Assembly (NCBI GenBank): GCA_040756875.1
Contig: JBFLYH010000001.1
Span: 1,148,878 to 1,212,877, forward strand
Length of the DNA: 64,000 nucleotides
Direction: 5' to 3'
From: a candidate division FCPU426 bacterium
GTDB taxonomy: Bacteria > Oederibacteriota > JAAXVQ01 > JAUVAV01
Shown: positions 38,246 through 48,454 of the stretch, in pieces
Layout of the letters: each line of letters opens with the position of its first letter
How positions within the stretch are numbered: position 1 is the stretch's first letter
Notes under the pieces: generated by a model
The model's input: only the letters and a program-made list of their open reading frames with translations
The model's database searches: none
Told to the model about the DNA's origin: nothing
Position numbers and translations under genes: made by a program

Positions 38246-40015
38246 ATGCCGCGCTGGAAAAATTTCCTGCATCCCGAGGTTTGGGGGGGACTGGCGATCC
38301 TGCTGGCCCTGTCGCTGCCCTTCCTGTTCAGCAACGCGGACCTTACCCTGGCCGGGCTTTTTTACCACGACGGCTGGAGCCTGGGCGACCGCCAGCCCTG
38401 GGCGGCCTTATACACGTACGGCACCTGGCCGGGGCTGGCCTTGTCCGCCGTCGCCCTGGTCGTCTTCTTCGGTTCCTGGATTTGGCCCCGCTGGCAGCCC
38501 AAACGCCGCGCCGCCGCCTTGGTGGTCCTGACGCTGCTGATTGCGCCCGGTCTGCTCATCAACGCGCTGGGCAAGGATTTCTGGGGACGGCCCAGGCCCC
38601 GGGACGTGCAGGCCTTCCAGGGCAATCAGGCTTTCCACCGTTTCGTCCATCCGGCCGGGCCCGGCCAGGGCGAGTCCTTCCCCTGCGGCCACGCTTCGGT
38701 GGGATTCCTTTTCGCCAGCCTTTATTTTGTCTCCCGGCGGCGCACTTTGCGCTGGGGCGCCCTGGGACTGGGGCTGGGATACGGTTCGCTGATGGGGCTG
38801 GCGCGCATGGCCCAGGGCGCGCATTTCGCCTCGGACGTGCTGTGGTCCGGAGGAGTGACGTATCTGACCGCCGCCGTATTGCACCATGTGGTGCTGCCGC
38901 CGGCGCCGGACCCCTCGGCGCCTGCGCCTGCGTCCCCGCCCGCGGCTCCCGGTCAGAAGCTCCTGGGCTGGACCCTGCTCGCGGTTTCCCTCTCCTTGCT
39001 GACCGCCTTCTTCCTGCTGGCTTCGCCCTTCCATAAAACCTGGTCGGGAAGCGTCGAGGGTTCGCCGGACCTGACGGCCGTGCACATCGTTCTGCCCGGC
39101 GGGACGGAGGAAATCCGCCTGGACCACGCCGAACAGGGGCCGGCCGTGACCGCCAAAATCGAAATGCGCGGCTTCGGCTTCCCTAAACTGGATTTGGTCG
39201 GCGGATTCATGGAATCGGTCCAGGGGACCACCCTGACCGCGACCCTGAATGTGCGCTTCAACCGCATCACCACCGAACGGACCGGGCGGATCGACATCCG
39301 CGTGCGGAGTTCCCTGGCCGCGGGTCTGGAAACCAAGGGCGACTCGCCCGACATCCGCCTGGGCGCGCACTCCTCGCCCGGATACTGGGAAGACCTGCGG
39401 ATCGCCACGAGCCGCGGCAACATCGGGTTTTGGATCCACCCCGGCGCGCGGGTCAGCGGGCCGGTGTGGCTGCAGAGCCAGAAGGGCGACATCAAGGTCC
39501 AACTGGAGGATTTGCTGGATCCGGGTAGGCCGGAATGGGAGCTGGGGTCCGAGCAGGGCTCGGTGCTGGTCACCGCCGTCCAGAAGCAAGCCACCCTGCT
39601 GCCGCTCAAGCTGCGGGCGTGGACCCGGACCGGCGCCGCGGTCTTCGACGGCACCATCAGCCCGGCCTGCGGCCTGGACCTGCGCTGGGACGAAGGCGAC
39701 GGCCGTTCCAGCCTGTCGGCCAAAGGCATTTGGCACCAGGAGGGCAACCAGTTCATCGGCCCGGCCGGGATGGGGCTGCCGCACTTCCGCATTTATCTGG
39801 CGGCTTCCACCGGCTTGCTGGGGGTGAAACTGAACCAAGGCGAGGGCGAAGCCGTGGAAGCCTGGCCCACGCCGACCGTGACGCCCACGCCGTGGCGGGG
39901 CGACCACGCGGGCATGATGGAGATCGAGCTCGAACCCACGCCTACGCCCCAGCCGGCCAGGTGGATCGAGCGGGAATTGATGGACCTGCCGACCGGAAAC
40001 CAGCAGAACCCCTGA
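38246..40015 (+). CDS. PAP2 family phosphatase fused to a C-terminal beta-rich extracytoplasmic domain
   Basis: K-x6-RP (KDFWGRPRP), SFPCGH, ARMAQGAHF; an additional TM and a beta-rich region follow. Confidence 0.82.
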   Translation: MPRWKNFLHPEVWGGLAILLALSLPFLFSNADLTLAGLFYHDGWSLGDRQPWAALYTYGTWPGLALSAVALVVFFGSWIWPRWQPKRRAAALVVLTLLIAPGLLINALGKDFWGRPRPRDVQAFQGNQAFHRFVHPAGPGQGESFPCGHASVGFLFASLYFVSRRRTLRWGALGLGLGYGSLMGLARMAQGAHFASDVLWSGGVTYLTAAVLHHVVLPPAPDPSAPAPASPPAAPGQKLLGWTLLAVSLSLLTAFFLLASPFHKTWSGSVEGSPDLTAVHIVLPGGTEEIRLDHAEQGPAVTAKIEMRGFGFPKLDLVGGFMESVQGTTLTATLNVRFNRITTERTGRIDIRVRSSLAAGLETKGDSPDIRLGAHSSPGYWEDLRIATSRGNIGFWIHPGARVSGPVWLQSQKGDIKVQLEDLLDPGRPEWELGSEQGSVLVTAVQKQATLLPLKLRAWTRTGAAVFDGTISPACGLDLRWDEGDGRSSLSAKGIWHQEGNQFIGPAGMGLPHFRIYLAASTGLLGVKLNQGEGEAVEAWPTPTVTPTPWRGDHAGMMEIELEPTPTPQPARWIERELMDLPTGNQQNP

Positions 40016-40096
40016 GTCACGCCGAAAGCGAACCGCCCCGCAATAGCCGCGTGCGCCTGGCCACAGGCATGACGCGGGTCAACGCGCAACCCGGAT

Positions 40097-41470
40097 TCAG
40101 ATCAGATGAGGCAGGAGCCGCGTCGCCAGTGAAAGCACGATCAGGAAGCCCATCAAATCCGTGATGGTCGTCAGGATCGGCCCCGAAGCGATCGCCGGGT
40201 CGAGATTGAAGCGCTTGATCAGCAGCGGCAGGCCGCTGCCCATGCAGACCGAGATGATGGTGTTGAGCCACAGGCTCACGGCTACGACCACGCCCAGCCA
40301 GGGCAGACCTTTCCACAAATAGGAAACCAACCCGATTTCCGCACCCAAGACGAGGCCGTTGATGAAGCCGATGCGGGCCTCCTTGCCGATGACCCGCCAC
40401 AATTCCTGGGGGCTGGTGCGGTTCAAGGCCAGATCGCGGATGGACACGGCCACGGCCTGCATGCCCGAGACGCCGCTCATGTCCGAAATGATGGGAAGAA
40501 ACACCGCCAGGGCGATGACCGCTTTCAGCGTATCGGTATAAAAAGCGATGACCGAGGCGGCGATCAGGTTCAGCACGATGTTCAGCGAGAGCCAGGTGAT
40601 CCGTCGGCGCACGATTTTCAACACGGGCAGGGCCCGGGTCTCGTCCGTGTCCAGGCCCTGCATTTTCAGCATCTCTTCGGTGGCGATTTCGCGGGTGAGG
40701 TCCACCAGGCTGTCGGCGGTGATGACGCCCAGCAGGCGCTGTTGATCGTCCACCACGGGCAGGGCCAGGTAGCGGTGCCGGTGAAACCGGCGCGCCACTT
40801 CCTCCTTGCTGGCGCTGTGATGCACGAACTGCACCTGGCTGAGCTTGAGGTCGGCCAGCGGCTGCTCCGGCCGGCGGGTCACCAAGTCGCGCAGCTGCAG
40901 CACGCCGGTCAGGGCGCCGGTCCGGTCGACGGTGTACACGTAAGCCGCGCTTCCCTCCTTGAGGCGGCGCAGCTGGGTCCGCAGGCTGCGCAGCGCCTGC
41001 CGGACCGTGAGCGATTCCCTCAGGGCGACGAATTCCGTGGCCATCAATCCGCCGGCGCTGTCTTCGGCAAAGGCGATCAGCCGCCTGGCTTTGGCGGCCT
41101 GGCGCGGCGACCAGGTGGCGAGAATGGCGTCGGTCTTCGCCTGCGGCAGGTCGCCCAGCACGTCGGCGGCTTCGTCCGAGGCCATTTCCCGGACGATGCC
41201 CGAGGCCACTTCGGGCTCCAGGGCTCCGACCACCCGGGCTTTGTCGCGCTCGGTCAGCTGTTCGACGATGTCCGCCGCGGTTTCGCGGTTGAGGATCTCG
41301 AGCAAGGCCAGGCGGTCGGCCTCTTCCAGGCGGGCGACCAGGCGCGCGGCGTCCACGGGATGCAGGGCGGAGACCGCGGCGGACACCGCGGCTTCCTCTC
41401 CGTTTCGCAACTGGCGGGTGACGCTCGCGACCAGCTCGGTGTTAGCGCTAGTGTCTATGCTATCGGCCAT
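40097..41470 (-). CDS. mgtE: Magnesium transporter MgtE
   Basis: LHPVDAA, SAGGLM, CBS pair, DPAIASGPILTTITD. Confidence 0.93.
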   Translation of the reverse strand: MADSIDTSANTELVASVTRQLRNGEEAAVSAAVSALHPVDAARLVARLEEADRLALLEILNRETAADIVEQLTERDKARVVGALEPEVASGIVREMASDEAADVLGDLPQAKTDAILATWSPRQAAKARRLIAFAEDSAGGLMATEFVALRESLTVRQALRSLRTQLRRLKEGSAAYVYTVDRTGALTGVLQLRDLVTRRPEQPLADLKLSQVQFVHHSASKEEVARRFHRHRYLALPVVDDQQRLLGVITADSLVDLTREIATEEMLKMQGLDTDETRALPVLKIVRRRITWLSLNIVLNLIAASVIAFYTDTLKAVIALAVFLPIISDMSGVSGMQAVAVSIRDLALNRTSPQELWRVIGKEARIGFINGLVLGAEIGLVSYLWKGLPWLGVVVAVSLWLNTIISVCMGSGLPLLIKRFNLDPAIASGPILTTITDLMGFLIVLSLATRLLPHLI

Positions 41471-41572
41471 TACTTTCCTCGTCGGTTCATCAGGGCTGAC
41501 CCCGAAAAAGCCGCTCTTTTTCGGGGTGCCAGGCTGCCAGAGGACTATTATTTTAAACTGTTCGGCAGCCTG

Positions 41573-42136
41573 TCAAAACAGCGGCAGCTGTTCCCCGGCC
41601 GCCGGATAAGTGACGCGGTTTTGCCTGATCTCGGCCCCGGGCCGGAGGCGATGCTCCTGCGGCTCCAGTTCGGCGTGCAAGTGCCAGACCTGGAATCCCC
41701 GAACCAGCAGGCAGTCGGACAGGAATTGCCGGTGGCATTGCCGCCAATCCGCTTCCGCGCACACCAGCGCCACCTTGCCCAGGTCGGCCAGGGCCAGCAG
41801 GCGGGTCAGGCCGCGGTCGGCCTCGGCCCCCAGCAGGTAATCCGCATACGGCCGCCACTCGCGGGGCAAGCCGGTGTTGGGCGATTGCGACAGACCCGTC
41901 CGGTTTTTCCCGCCCAGTTCCTTGAGGTGGTGATACGTCATGCCGACCGCCGGCAGGCGTTCGGCCAGGTTTTCCAGGTTGAACTGGGGATGGCGACGGG
42001 AACGCGGCTGGCTGCGGACATCCACCACGGTTTGAATGCCGTGCCGCCGCAGGAGGGCGATGAAAACTTCCAGCGGCAGGGTGGAATGCCCCAGGGTATA
42101 TATTCGTTTATTTCCTTTTTTTCCTGTTTCACCCAT
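41573..42136 (-). CDS. DUF488 family protein
   Basis: IYTLGHS, VDVRSQPRSR, ELGG, VCAE..W.QCHR. Confidence 0.88.
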   Translation of the reverse strand: MGETGKKGNKRIYTLGHSTLPLEVFIALLRRHGIQTVVDVRSQPRSRRHPQFNLENLAERLPAVGMTYHHLKELGGKNRTGLSQSPNTGLPREWRPYADYLLGAEADRGLTRLLALADLGKVALVCAEADWRQCHRQFLSDCLLVRGFQVWHLHAELEPQEHRLRPGAEIRQNRVTYPAAGEQLPLF

Positions 42137-42282
42137 GGAATCCCCATCCGTTGACGAGAAGAGATTATACAAAAAAATCCCGATTCGGTGTTTATTATCG
42201 GCCGGTTTTATTTTCCAATGAGCACCGGCAGAGCCGCGGGGCGATAGGGGAAAGCGGATTTTCCTCCCCTTTCCCCTGTCGC

Positions 42283-43050
42283 CTATCCCCTCTCCATCTT
42301 TTTGCAGGCCGGACAATCAGGGGCGGGCCGGAAAGCGACTTCACGCCAGCGCTGTTCGAGCGCCTGGTAAATCAGCAGGCGGTTGGTCAGGAGGCGACCG
42401 ACGCCCAGCAGGTGTTTGACGGCTTCCGTGGCCTGGATCACGCCCAGGCTTCCGGCCACGGTGCCCAGAATGCCGGCCGGCGACTGGTCCTGCGCCTGAC
42501 CCGAAGGCGAAGGGGGCGACTGGAAGAGGCAGCGGTAGCAACCGGCCTGGCCGCCGGGCAGATAGGTGAAGGTCTGGCCCTCGAAACCGCTCACGCCGGC
42601 GTGGCTGAAAGGCTTGCGCAGCCGGACGCAAACATCGGAAACCAGGAATTTCGAGGGAAAATTGTCCGTGGCGTCGATGACAAAGTCATAGCCAGCCGCC
42701 AGCTGCGGCAGGTTCTCGGCCGTGGCCCGGGTTTCCAGGAGGTCCAACGCCGTTTCCGGATTGAAAGCCCGCAGTTTGTCGGCGGCGGAAAGGGTTTTGG
42801 GCCGGCCCACGTCGGCGGCGGCGTGCAGAATCTGGCGTTGCAGGTTGGACGCTTCCACGCGGTCGCTGTCCAGCAACCCCAGGCGCCCGACCCCGGCTGC
42901 GGCCAGATACCAGGCCGCCGCCGAGCCCAGCCCGCCAAGCCCCGCGATTAAAACCGAGGCCTGCGCCAGGCGGGCCTGTCCGTCCGCACCGATCTCGGGC
43001 AGTTGAATCTGGCGTGCGTAGCGTTGGGTCTGTTCCGGGGTCAAGGACAT
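42283..43050 (-). CDS. ThiF/MoeB family adenylyltransferase
   Basis: RYARQI, GLGGLGS, SNLQRQ, DATDNF, CYRC...CPAC. Confidence 0.93.
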   Translation of the reverse strand: MSLTPEQTQRYARQIQLPEIGADGQARLAQASVLIAGLGGLGSAAAWYLAAAGVGRLGLLDSDRVEASNLQRQILHAAADVGRPKTLSAADKLRAFNPETALDLLETRATAENLPQLAAGYDFVIDATDNFPSKFLVSDVCVRLRKPFSHAGVSGFEGQTFTYLPGGQAGCYRCLFQSPPSPSGQAQDQSPAGILGTVAGSLGVIQATEAVKHLLGVGRLLTNRLLIYQALEQRWREVAFRPAPDCPACKKMERG

Positions 43051-43090
43051 GGAGGAGGCATGCTCCGGGGCCGGAGGTCCCCGGAAGGGT

Positions 43091-43537
43091 TCATTTCATT
43101 AACGAAGATTTGGAATAATCCAGCTTGTAATCCACGAAAAAAGTCTTGAGGATGTCGCGGCCGGTCTCGGTGATTTCCAGGAATTGTACGCCCACCAGGT
43201 ATTTTTTGCCGTTGCGGTGCTGGCACCAGGCCACGCGGGAAAGGACCGCCACGGGAATGCAGCCTTTGTCGTCGCAGACTTGGTCGTCGAACTGACGGAG
43301 CTTGTTGCTGGCGTTTTCAGGCACCAGCAGGGTCAACAGCACTTTTTGTTCGGCTTCCAGTTTTTTCTCGCAGGTCATGGCCAGGCCTTCCACGCCCAGA
43401 TCCGCGGAAACCGTCTCGAAGGCAGGCGACAGCTTTTCACGGTTGACCAGCATGAATTGAATGCTCAGGGTGAGGGGGATACGGGGGTAACGCCTCCGTT
43501 CCGCCGAGGTTTCACCGGAATATTGGGTGGGATTCAT
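43091..43537 (-). CDS. PilZ domain protein
   Basis: ERRRYPR (RxxxR), DLGVEG, VAW...VGVQF. Confidence 0.85.
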   Translation of the reverse strand: MNPTQYSGETSAERRRYPRIPLTLSIQFMLVNREKLSPAFETVSADLGVEGLAMTCEKKLEAEQKVLLTLLVPENASNKLRQFDDQVCDDKGCIPVAVLSRVAWCQHRNGKKYLVGVQFLEITETGRDILKTFFVDYKLDYSKSSLMK

Positions 43538-43804
43538 CGGGTATCGCTCCTTCGGCTTTCTGACCGGCCTCATGTTACCACGCCGACCCGATGCCGCAAA
43601 GCCTTTTTTACGGCACCCTGCCCCCGAATCGGAAACACCGGACTCCGCGGCGAGGACGGACCTGCTCCGCCTGGTTATGCAACCACGCTCCCCTTGCGTC
43701 AGGCTTCCACGCCGCGTTCTCGCCAGCCAGACAGCGGGAAAAGGGCTTTCAGGCCCAGATTATCCCTTACTTTTGAGCGGTGAATTTGGTAAGATAAACA
43801 TCCT

Positions 43805-45616
43805 ATGTCTGCCACCCGCAAGCCAAGACCTAAAGCCCGGTTACGGAGCCGGCGGCCGGCGCGTCGCCGGCCCGCCTCGGGCGCCACCTGCGCCTATGTG
43901 CAAGACCTGTATAAACAACTGTGCAGCGATGACCAGGCGTTTCTCTTCACGCGCATCCTTGATCACAATCCCACGGCGGTCATGATCGCCTCCCCGCAAG
44001 GCCTGATCGAGTACGTCAACCCCCGTTTCTCCCAGATCAGCGGCCGGCGGGTGCGGCAGCTGACCGGTCAGCGCCTGCCCGCCCTGGCCAAGGCCGAGGA
44101 GGATTTCTGGGGCTTGCTGTGGGAAAAAGTCCGGGCCCGCAGCGAATGGCAGGGCGAGCTCCGCCCCGCGGATTCAAACCGGTCCGCGGAATGGGATTCC
44201 GTGACCGTGCGGCCGGTCCGGAACCGGCGCGGCCAAGTGGCCAACATCCTGGTCTTCCTCGAGGACGTCTCCCGCCAAAAACAATCCGAAGCCATGATCG
44301 AGCATCTCGCCCACTACGATTCCCTGACCGACCTCCCCAACCGGGAATACTTCCGCCATCGCCTCGCCGCGGCCATCGACGCCGCCAAAAAGCAAGGGCA
44401 CAAAGTGGGCGTGGCCATCGTGGGGCTGGACCGCTTCAAATTAATCAACAGCAGCCTGGGGCATTCGGCCGGTGACCGCGTGATCCGCAGCGTGGGCCAC
44501 CGGCTCCGGGACCAGGTGGACGAATCCATCCTGATCGCGCGCATGGGCGGCGATGAATTCATCCTGCTCTTCCCGCGTTTGAGCCATTTCCGCCAGGCCA
44601 CCCAGCACTGCCAGGAAATCCTCGCCGCCTTCGCCCAGCCGTTCCAGATGGGCGAGCAGGAAGTTTACGTCAAGGCCAGCATGGGCGTCAGCCTGTACCC
44701 CGAAGACGGCGACGATCCGCAGACGCTTATCAAGAACGCGGATGCCGCCCTCAACGAAGCCAAGCAGACCGGCCGCAACCACCACAAGTTTTACACGGCC
44801 AAGCTGGATTCCGTAGCGCCGCAGCAGCTTTTCATCGAAACGTCCCTGCGCCAGGCCCTGGAGCGGGAGGAATTCGTGGTGTATTACCAGCCCCAGGTCG
44901 ACTTCGCCAAAAATCAAATCATCGGCTGGGAGGCGCTGCTGCGCTGGCAGCATCCCACCATGGGCCTGGTGGCGCCGGACCGCTTCATCACCCTGGCCGA
45001 GGAAACCGGCTTGATCGTGCCCCTGGGGCTCTGGGCGCTGAAGACCGCCTGCCGCCAGGTGCGGCACTGGCACCTGGCCGGGTTTCCGGACCTGCGCATC
45101 GCGGTCAACCTCTCCGCCCGTCAGATCCTGGAGCCCGAACTGGTCGAGGCCGTGCTGGGCATCTGCCGGGAATCGGACTTGGACCCCCGCTTCCTGGAGC
45201 TTGAAATCACGGAGAGCCTCTTTATGGAAGACTCCACGGTCACCAAAATGATTTTGCAGTGGCTGCGGAAAAAAGGCGCGAGCATCGCCATCGACGATTT
45301 CGGCACCGGGTACTCCTCCCTGACGTACCTCAAGCAGTTCCCGATCAACGCCCTGAAAATCGACCGTTCCTTCGTCATGGATTGCCTGACCAATCCGGAC
45401 GACGCGGCCATCGTCACTACCATCGTTTCCATCGCCCGCAACCTGGATTTGCGCCTGATCGCCGAAGGCGTGGAAACCGTGGAGCAACTGCGTTTCCTGC
45501 AATCCCTGGGCTGCCATGAATTTCAGGGGTACCTGTTTTCGCGCCCCCTGCCCGCCGCCGAATGCCTGGCCCGCCTGAAAGCGGGCCTCGGCCTGCCGCC
45601 GTTCACCCCGGCCTGA
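43805..45616 (+). CDS. PAS-GGDEF-EAL protein
   Basis: PAS, GGDEF, EALLRW, DDFGTGYSSL, EGVE. Confidence 0.94.
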   Translation: MSATRKPRPKARLRSRRPARRRPASGATCAYVQDLYKQLCSDDQAFLFTRILDHNPTAVMIASPQGLIEYVNPRFSQISGRRVRQLTGQRLPALAKAEEDFWGLLWEKVRARSEWQGELRPADSNRSAEWDSVTVRPVRNRRGQVANILVFLEDVSRQKQSEAMIEHLAHYDSLTDLPNREYFRHRLAAAIDAAKKQGHKVGVAIVGLDRFKLINSSLGHSAGDRVIRSVGHRLRDQVDESILIARMGGDEFILLFPRLSHFRQATQHCQEILAAFAQPFQMGEQEVYVKASMGVSLYPEDGDDPQTLIKNADAALNEAKQTGRNHHKFYTAKLDSVAPQQLFIETSLRQALEREEFVVYYQPQVDFAKNQIIGWEALLRWQHPTMGLVAPDRFITLAEETGLIVPLGLWALKTACRQVRHWHLAGFPDLRIAVNLSARQILEPELVEAVLGICRESDLDPRFLELEITESLFMEDSTVTKMILQWLRKKGASIAIDDFGTGYSSLTYLKQFPINALKIDRSFVMDCLTNPDDAAIVTTIVSIARNLDLRLIAEGVETVEQLRFLQSLGCHEFQGYLFSRPLPAAECLARLKAGLGLPPFTPA

Positions 45617-45628
45617 TCCCGGCCCGCC

Positions 45629-46381
45629 ATGTCCGACGGCTCCACCCCAACGCCGGTGCGTTTGTCCAAACTCATGGCCGAACGCGGCCTGTGCTCGCGC
45701 CGCGAAGCGGACGAACTCATCAGCCGCGGCTGGGTCCTGGTTGACGGCAGTCCGGTTTCCGTGCTGGGCACGAAGATCCTGCCGGGCCAGCGGATCACCC
45801 TGGCGCCCGCAGCCCGCGCCAGCCTCCAACGCAGCGTGACCATCCTGCTCAACAAGCCCCTGGGGTACGTGTCCGGCCAGCCGGAACCCGGCGCGCGGCC
45901 CGCGGTTTCGCTGATCGTGCCGGCCAACCGCTTCCCCGGCGATCGTGCGCCCCTGAAATTTTCGCCCGTGCATCTCAAGCAGCTGGCGCCGGCCGGGCGC
46001 CTGGACGTCAATTCCCAGGGCCTGCTGGTTTTCACCCAGGACGGCCGCATCGCGCGCCTGCTGGTCGGCGCCGAGGGCCGGATCGAAAAGGAATACCTGG
46101 TCCGGGTCGAGGGCCGGTTGACCCCGGAGGCGCTGGAACGGCTGCGGCATGGATTGAGCCTGGACGGAAAAAAATTGCGGCCCGCCACGGTGCGGCGGCT
46201 GGACGAGGGTCACCTGCAGATGATCCTGCGGGAAGGGAGAAAACGCCAGATCCGGCGGATGTGCGAAGCCGTGGGCCTGGCGGTCACCGGCCTGAAGCGG
46301 GTGCGCATCGGCCGGGTGGCGCTGGGAAACCTGCCCTCGGGCCAGTGGCGCTATCTGGGGCCCGACGAGCGCTTTGATTAG
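45629..46381 (+). CDS. RsuA/RluB/RluF family pseudouridine synthase
   Basis: S4 domain [20 protein letters not shown]. Confidence 0.93.
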   Translation: MSDGSTPTPVRLSKLMAERGLCSRREADELISRGWVLVDGSPVSVLGTKILPGQRITLAPAARASLQRSVTILLNKPLGYVSGQPEPGARPAVSLIVPANRFPGDRAPLKFSPVHLKQLAPAGRLDVNSQGLLVFTQDGRIARLLVGAEGRIEKEYLVRVEGRLTPEALERLRHGLSLDGKKLRPATVRRLDEGHLQMILREGRKRQIRRMCEAVGLAVTGLKRVRIGRVALGNLPSGQWRYLGPDERFD

Positions 46382-48330
46382 GGTTGGATTTTCACTTCCA
46401 AAATTTCACTCTGGGCGGTTTCGTTCCCTTCACGGTCCAAAGCCGTGACCGCGAACCGCCACACGCCCGGCTCCAATCCCGGCAGGTAAACGAAATTCCG
46501 CTGCGTCGAGCGCTTGGTCGTCCGCTGCAGGTCTTTCTTGGCGCCTTTGGCCTGGTAGAAGTGGTAGCGTCGCCACAGCATCCCGTCCACCCAATAAACG
46601 ATCAATCCGTCGGCCGTGCGCAGGTACTGCGGTTTGGGCGGCGGGGTTTTCAATTCCGCGAACAATTTGTTCATTTGGGAAAAACCGGTCTGCACATTGT
46701 TCAGTTTCAGTTCGGCGTCTTCGGCCTGTTTCTGCAGCTGGGCGATGCGGGCTCCGGCGTCGCGGAGTTTGGCCTGATCCGCGCCCAGACGGCGGTTCAC
46801 GCCCAGGATGCCTTCGTATCCGGCGACGGCCACGGCGATGCCGGCCAGAAACAACAAGGCCGGCTGCGCCCAGCGCCGCGTCTGCCCCGTAAAAAACCCG
46901 CTCCGCGGCAACGCGGTTTTGGGAGGTTCAAGCTGATTGCGCTTCCCCCGCGGGCCTTCAACTTTGTCCGGAGCGCCGGTGTCCGCTGCCACGGGCACGG
47001 CCCTGGGTTCGGATGGTTCCGGGTTCCCGAACAATGACAAGGTCTCGTTCCGTGCCGGTTCGGCCGGCGGCTGAACGGTTTGGGGCGGCTGGGGCGCAGG
47101 GCCGGAAAGTTCCGTGGGTTGAGGCAAGGAGACCGGCGCAGCCTCAAGCTCACGCGGGGGCGCGGGTTCTATGGTTGGCGCCAAGGTCGGTTCAGGCGCC
47201 GTCGTGGATTCCACCAGCCACGCAGACGCAGGCGTGGATTCGATCTGGAAGACGCTAGCCGGAGCGGTGACAGGTTCCGTCACTGGCGCGGACGCCGGCG
47301 GCTCAGCTGCAGATCCGGATTCTTCAGGCAGCGGCAGCGGGGCTTCCGGGGACGGCCGGGGTTCGAAAAACGCCCCGGTTTTCAGATCAGGCGCTGGTTC
47401 AGCCGCTGGTTGGGGTTGGGGCTCGACCGGCAATGCCAGCAAGGCATCCAGCCAGTCCGATTCCTCGGAGGCGACCGGCGCAGCCGGAACAACCGCTTCA
47501 GCCGCCGGCGCCGCGGCAGCGGAGGGCGGAAGCTCCGGCGTTTGCAGAACACCCGGATCGGCTTCCTTGGCTTTGGCCCCGGTTGCAGTGGCCGTAGGGA
47601 CGGACGCGCGGTCATGTTCAGGGTCCGGCTTGTCCGAAACCAAGGCCGCCCCTTTACCCGGGGTTCCGGCTGGTTCGGGTTCCAAAATTTCAGAGTCGGA
47701 TTTTGGCTGCCGGATGGAACCAGGCACAGGCGAATTCCCGCTCAGCTGAGGTTGCGGCGACGGCGGTTGCGGGACCGAAGCGGGTATGTTTGGTCCAGGC
47801 CCGGACGGGGCTGTTTGGGCGGCATGGCGAAGCACGGCACTGGACTCCGGAACCACAGGAGCAGGCTTGACAGCAGGCGCCTGTGCGGCGCCCGGCCGGA
47901 CTTGATTTGCGTTTGGAACCGGGGCCGGTCTGGCTACAGGCATCCCAGGCCTGGGCATGGCTGTTGAGCCGGGCAACCCGGCTGCTTTGGCGCCGGGCGG
48001 AACCACGGATTTGGAAGCCAGAGGAGTGACAGGCCGGCCCGCAGGGGAAACAGCCGGCGGGGCCGGACGTCCCGGCCCGGGCACCCCCGGTCTGGCCGGC
48101 TGGGGAGCCGGGGAACGAAGCGGTCCGGCTGTGGCGGGACGAACCGCGCCCGGCGGAGCCGGTTTGGGCGCGGCGGCCGCGGGTTTTGAAACCAGCGGCC
48201 CGGCAGGACGGGATTTAACAGGCTGATTGCCTGCGACCGCCGGCCGCCTGACCGGCACGCTTTTTTTGACGGCAGATTCTTTTCCCGAGCGTTCCGCTTT
48301 CATCCCGTCTTTTCCTTTTCGCATATTCAT
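46378..48330 (-). CDS. Pro/Ala-rich membrane-anchored protein with coiled coil and C-terminal FN3-like domain
   Basis: Long low-complexity N-terminus, one TM ([14 protein letters not shown]), [20 protein letters not shown]. Confidence 0.7.
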   Translation of the reverse strand: MNMRKGKDGMKAERSGKESAVKKSVPVRRPAVAGNQPVKSRPAGPLVSKPAAAAPKPAPPGAVRPATAGPLRSPAPQPARPGVPGPGRPAPPAVSPAGRPVTPLASKSVVPPGAKAAGLPGSTAMPRPGMPVARPAPVPNANQVRPGAAQAPAVKPAPVVPESSAVLRHAAQTAPSGPGPNIPASVPQPPSPQPQLSGNSPVPGSIRQPKSDSEILEPEPAGTPGKGAALVSDKPDPEHDRASVPTATATGAKAKEADPGVLQTPELPPSAAAAPAAEAVVPAAPVASEESDWLDALLALPVEPQPQPAAEPAPDLKTGAFFEPRPSPEAPLPLPEESGSAAEPPASAPVTEPVTAPASVFQIESTPASAWLVESTTAPEPTLAPTIEPAPPRELEAAPVSLPQPTELSGPAPQPPQTVQPPAEPARNETLSLFGNPEPSEPRAVPVAADTGAPDKVEGPRGKRNQLEPPKTALPRSGFFTGQTRRWAQPALLFLAGIAVAVAGYEGILGVNRRLGADQAKLRDAGARIAQLQKQAEDAELKLNNVQTGFSQMNKLFAELKTPPPKPQYLRTADGLIVYWVDGMLWRRYHFYQAKGAKKDLQRTTKRSTQRNFVYLPGLEPGVWRFAVTALDREGNETAQSEILEVKIQP

Positions 48331-48454
48331 TTATCATACGAAAAAAACGGCAAGAATCAACCTTTAAACATACGGTTCTTCCGGATCAGGCCTTTATTTC
48401 CAATCGAATCCGCCGATCCTTGTAATGGCGTTTCTACCCCAGGCAGGAGACTCC

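Noticed and set aside
43540-43800. Possible c-di-GMP-I riboswitch between PilZ and GGDEF-EAL (contains CGCAAAGCC)
   Set aside because: The upstream GGCAAAC/GNRA P2 hairpin and a convincing P3 are missing. An Infernal search against the Rfam c-di-GMP-I model would be needed to rescue it.
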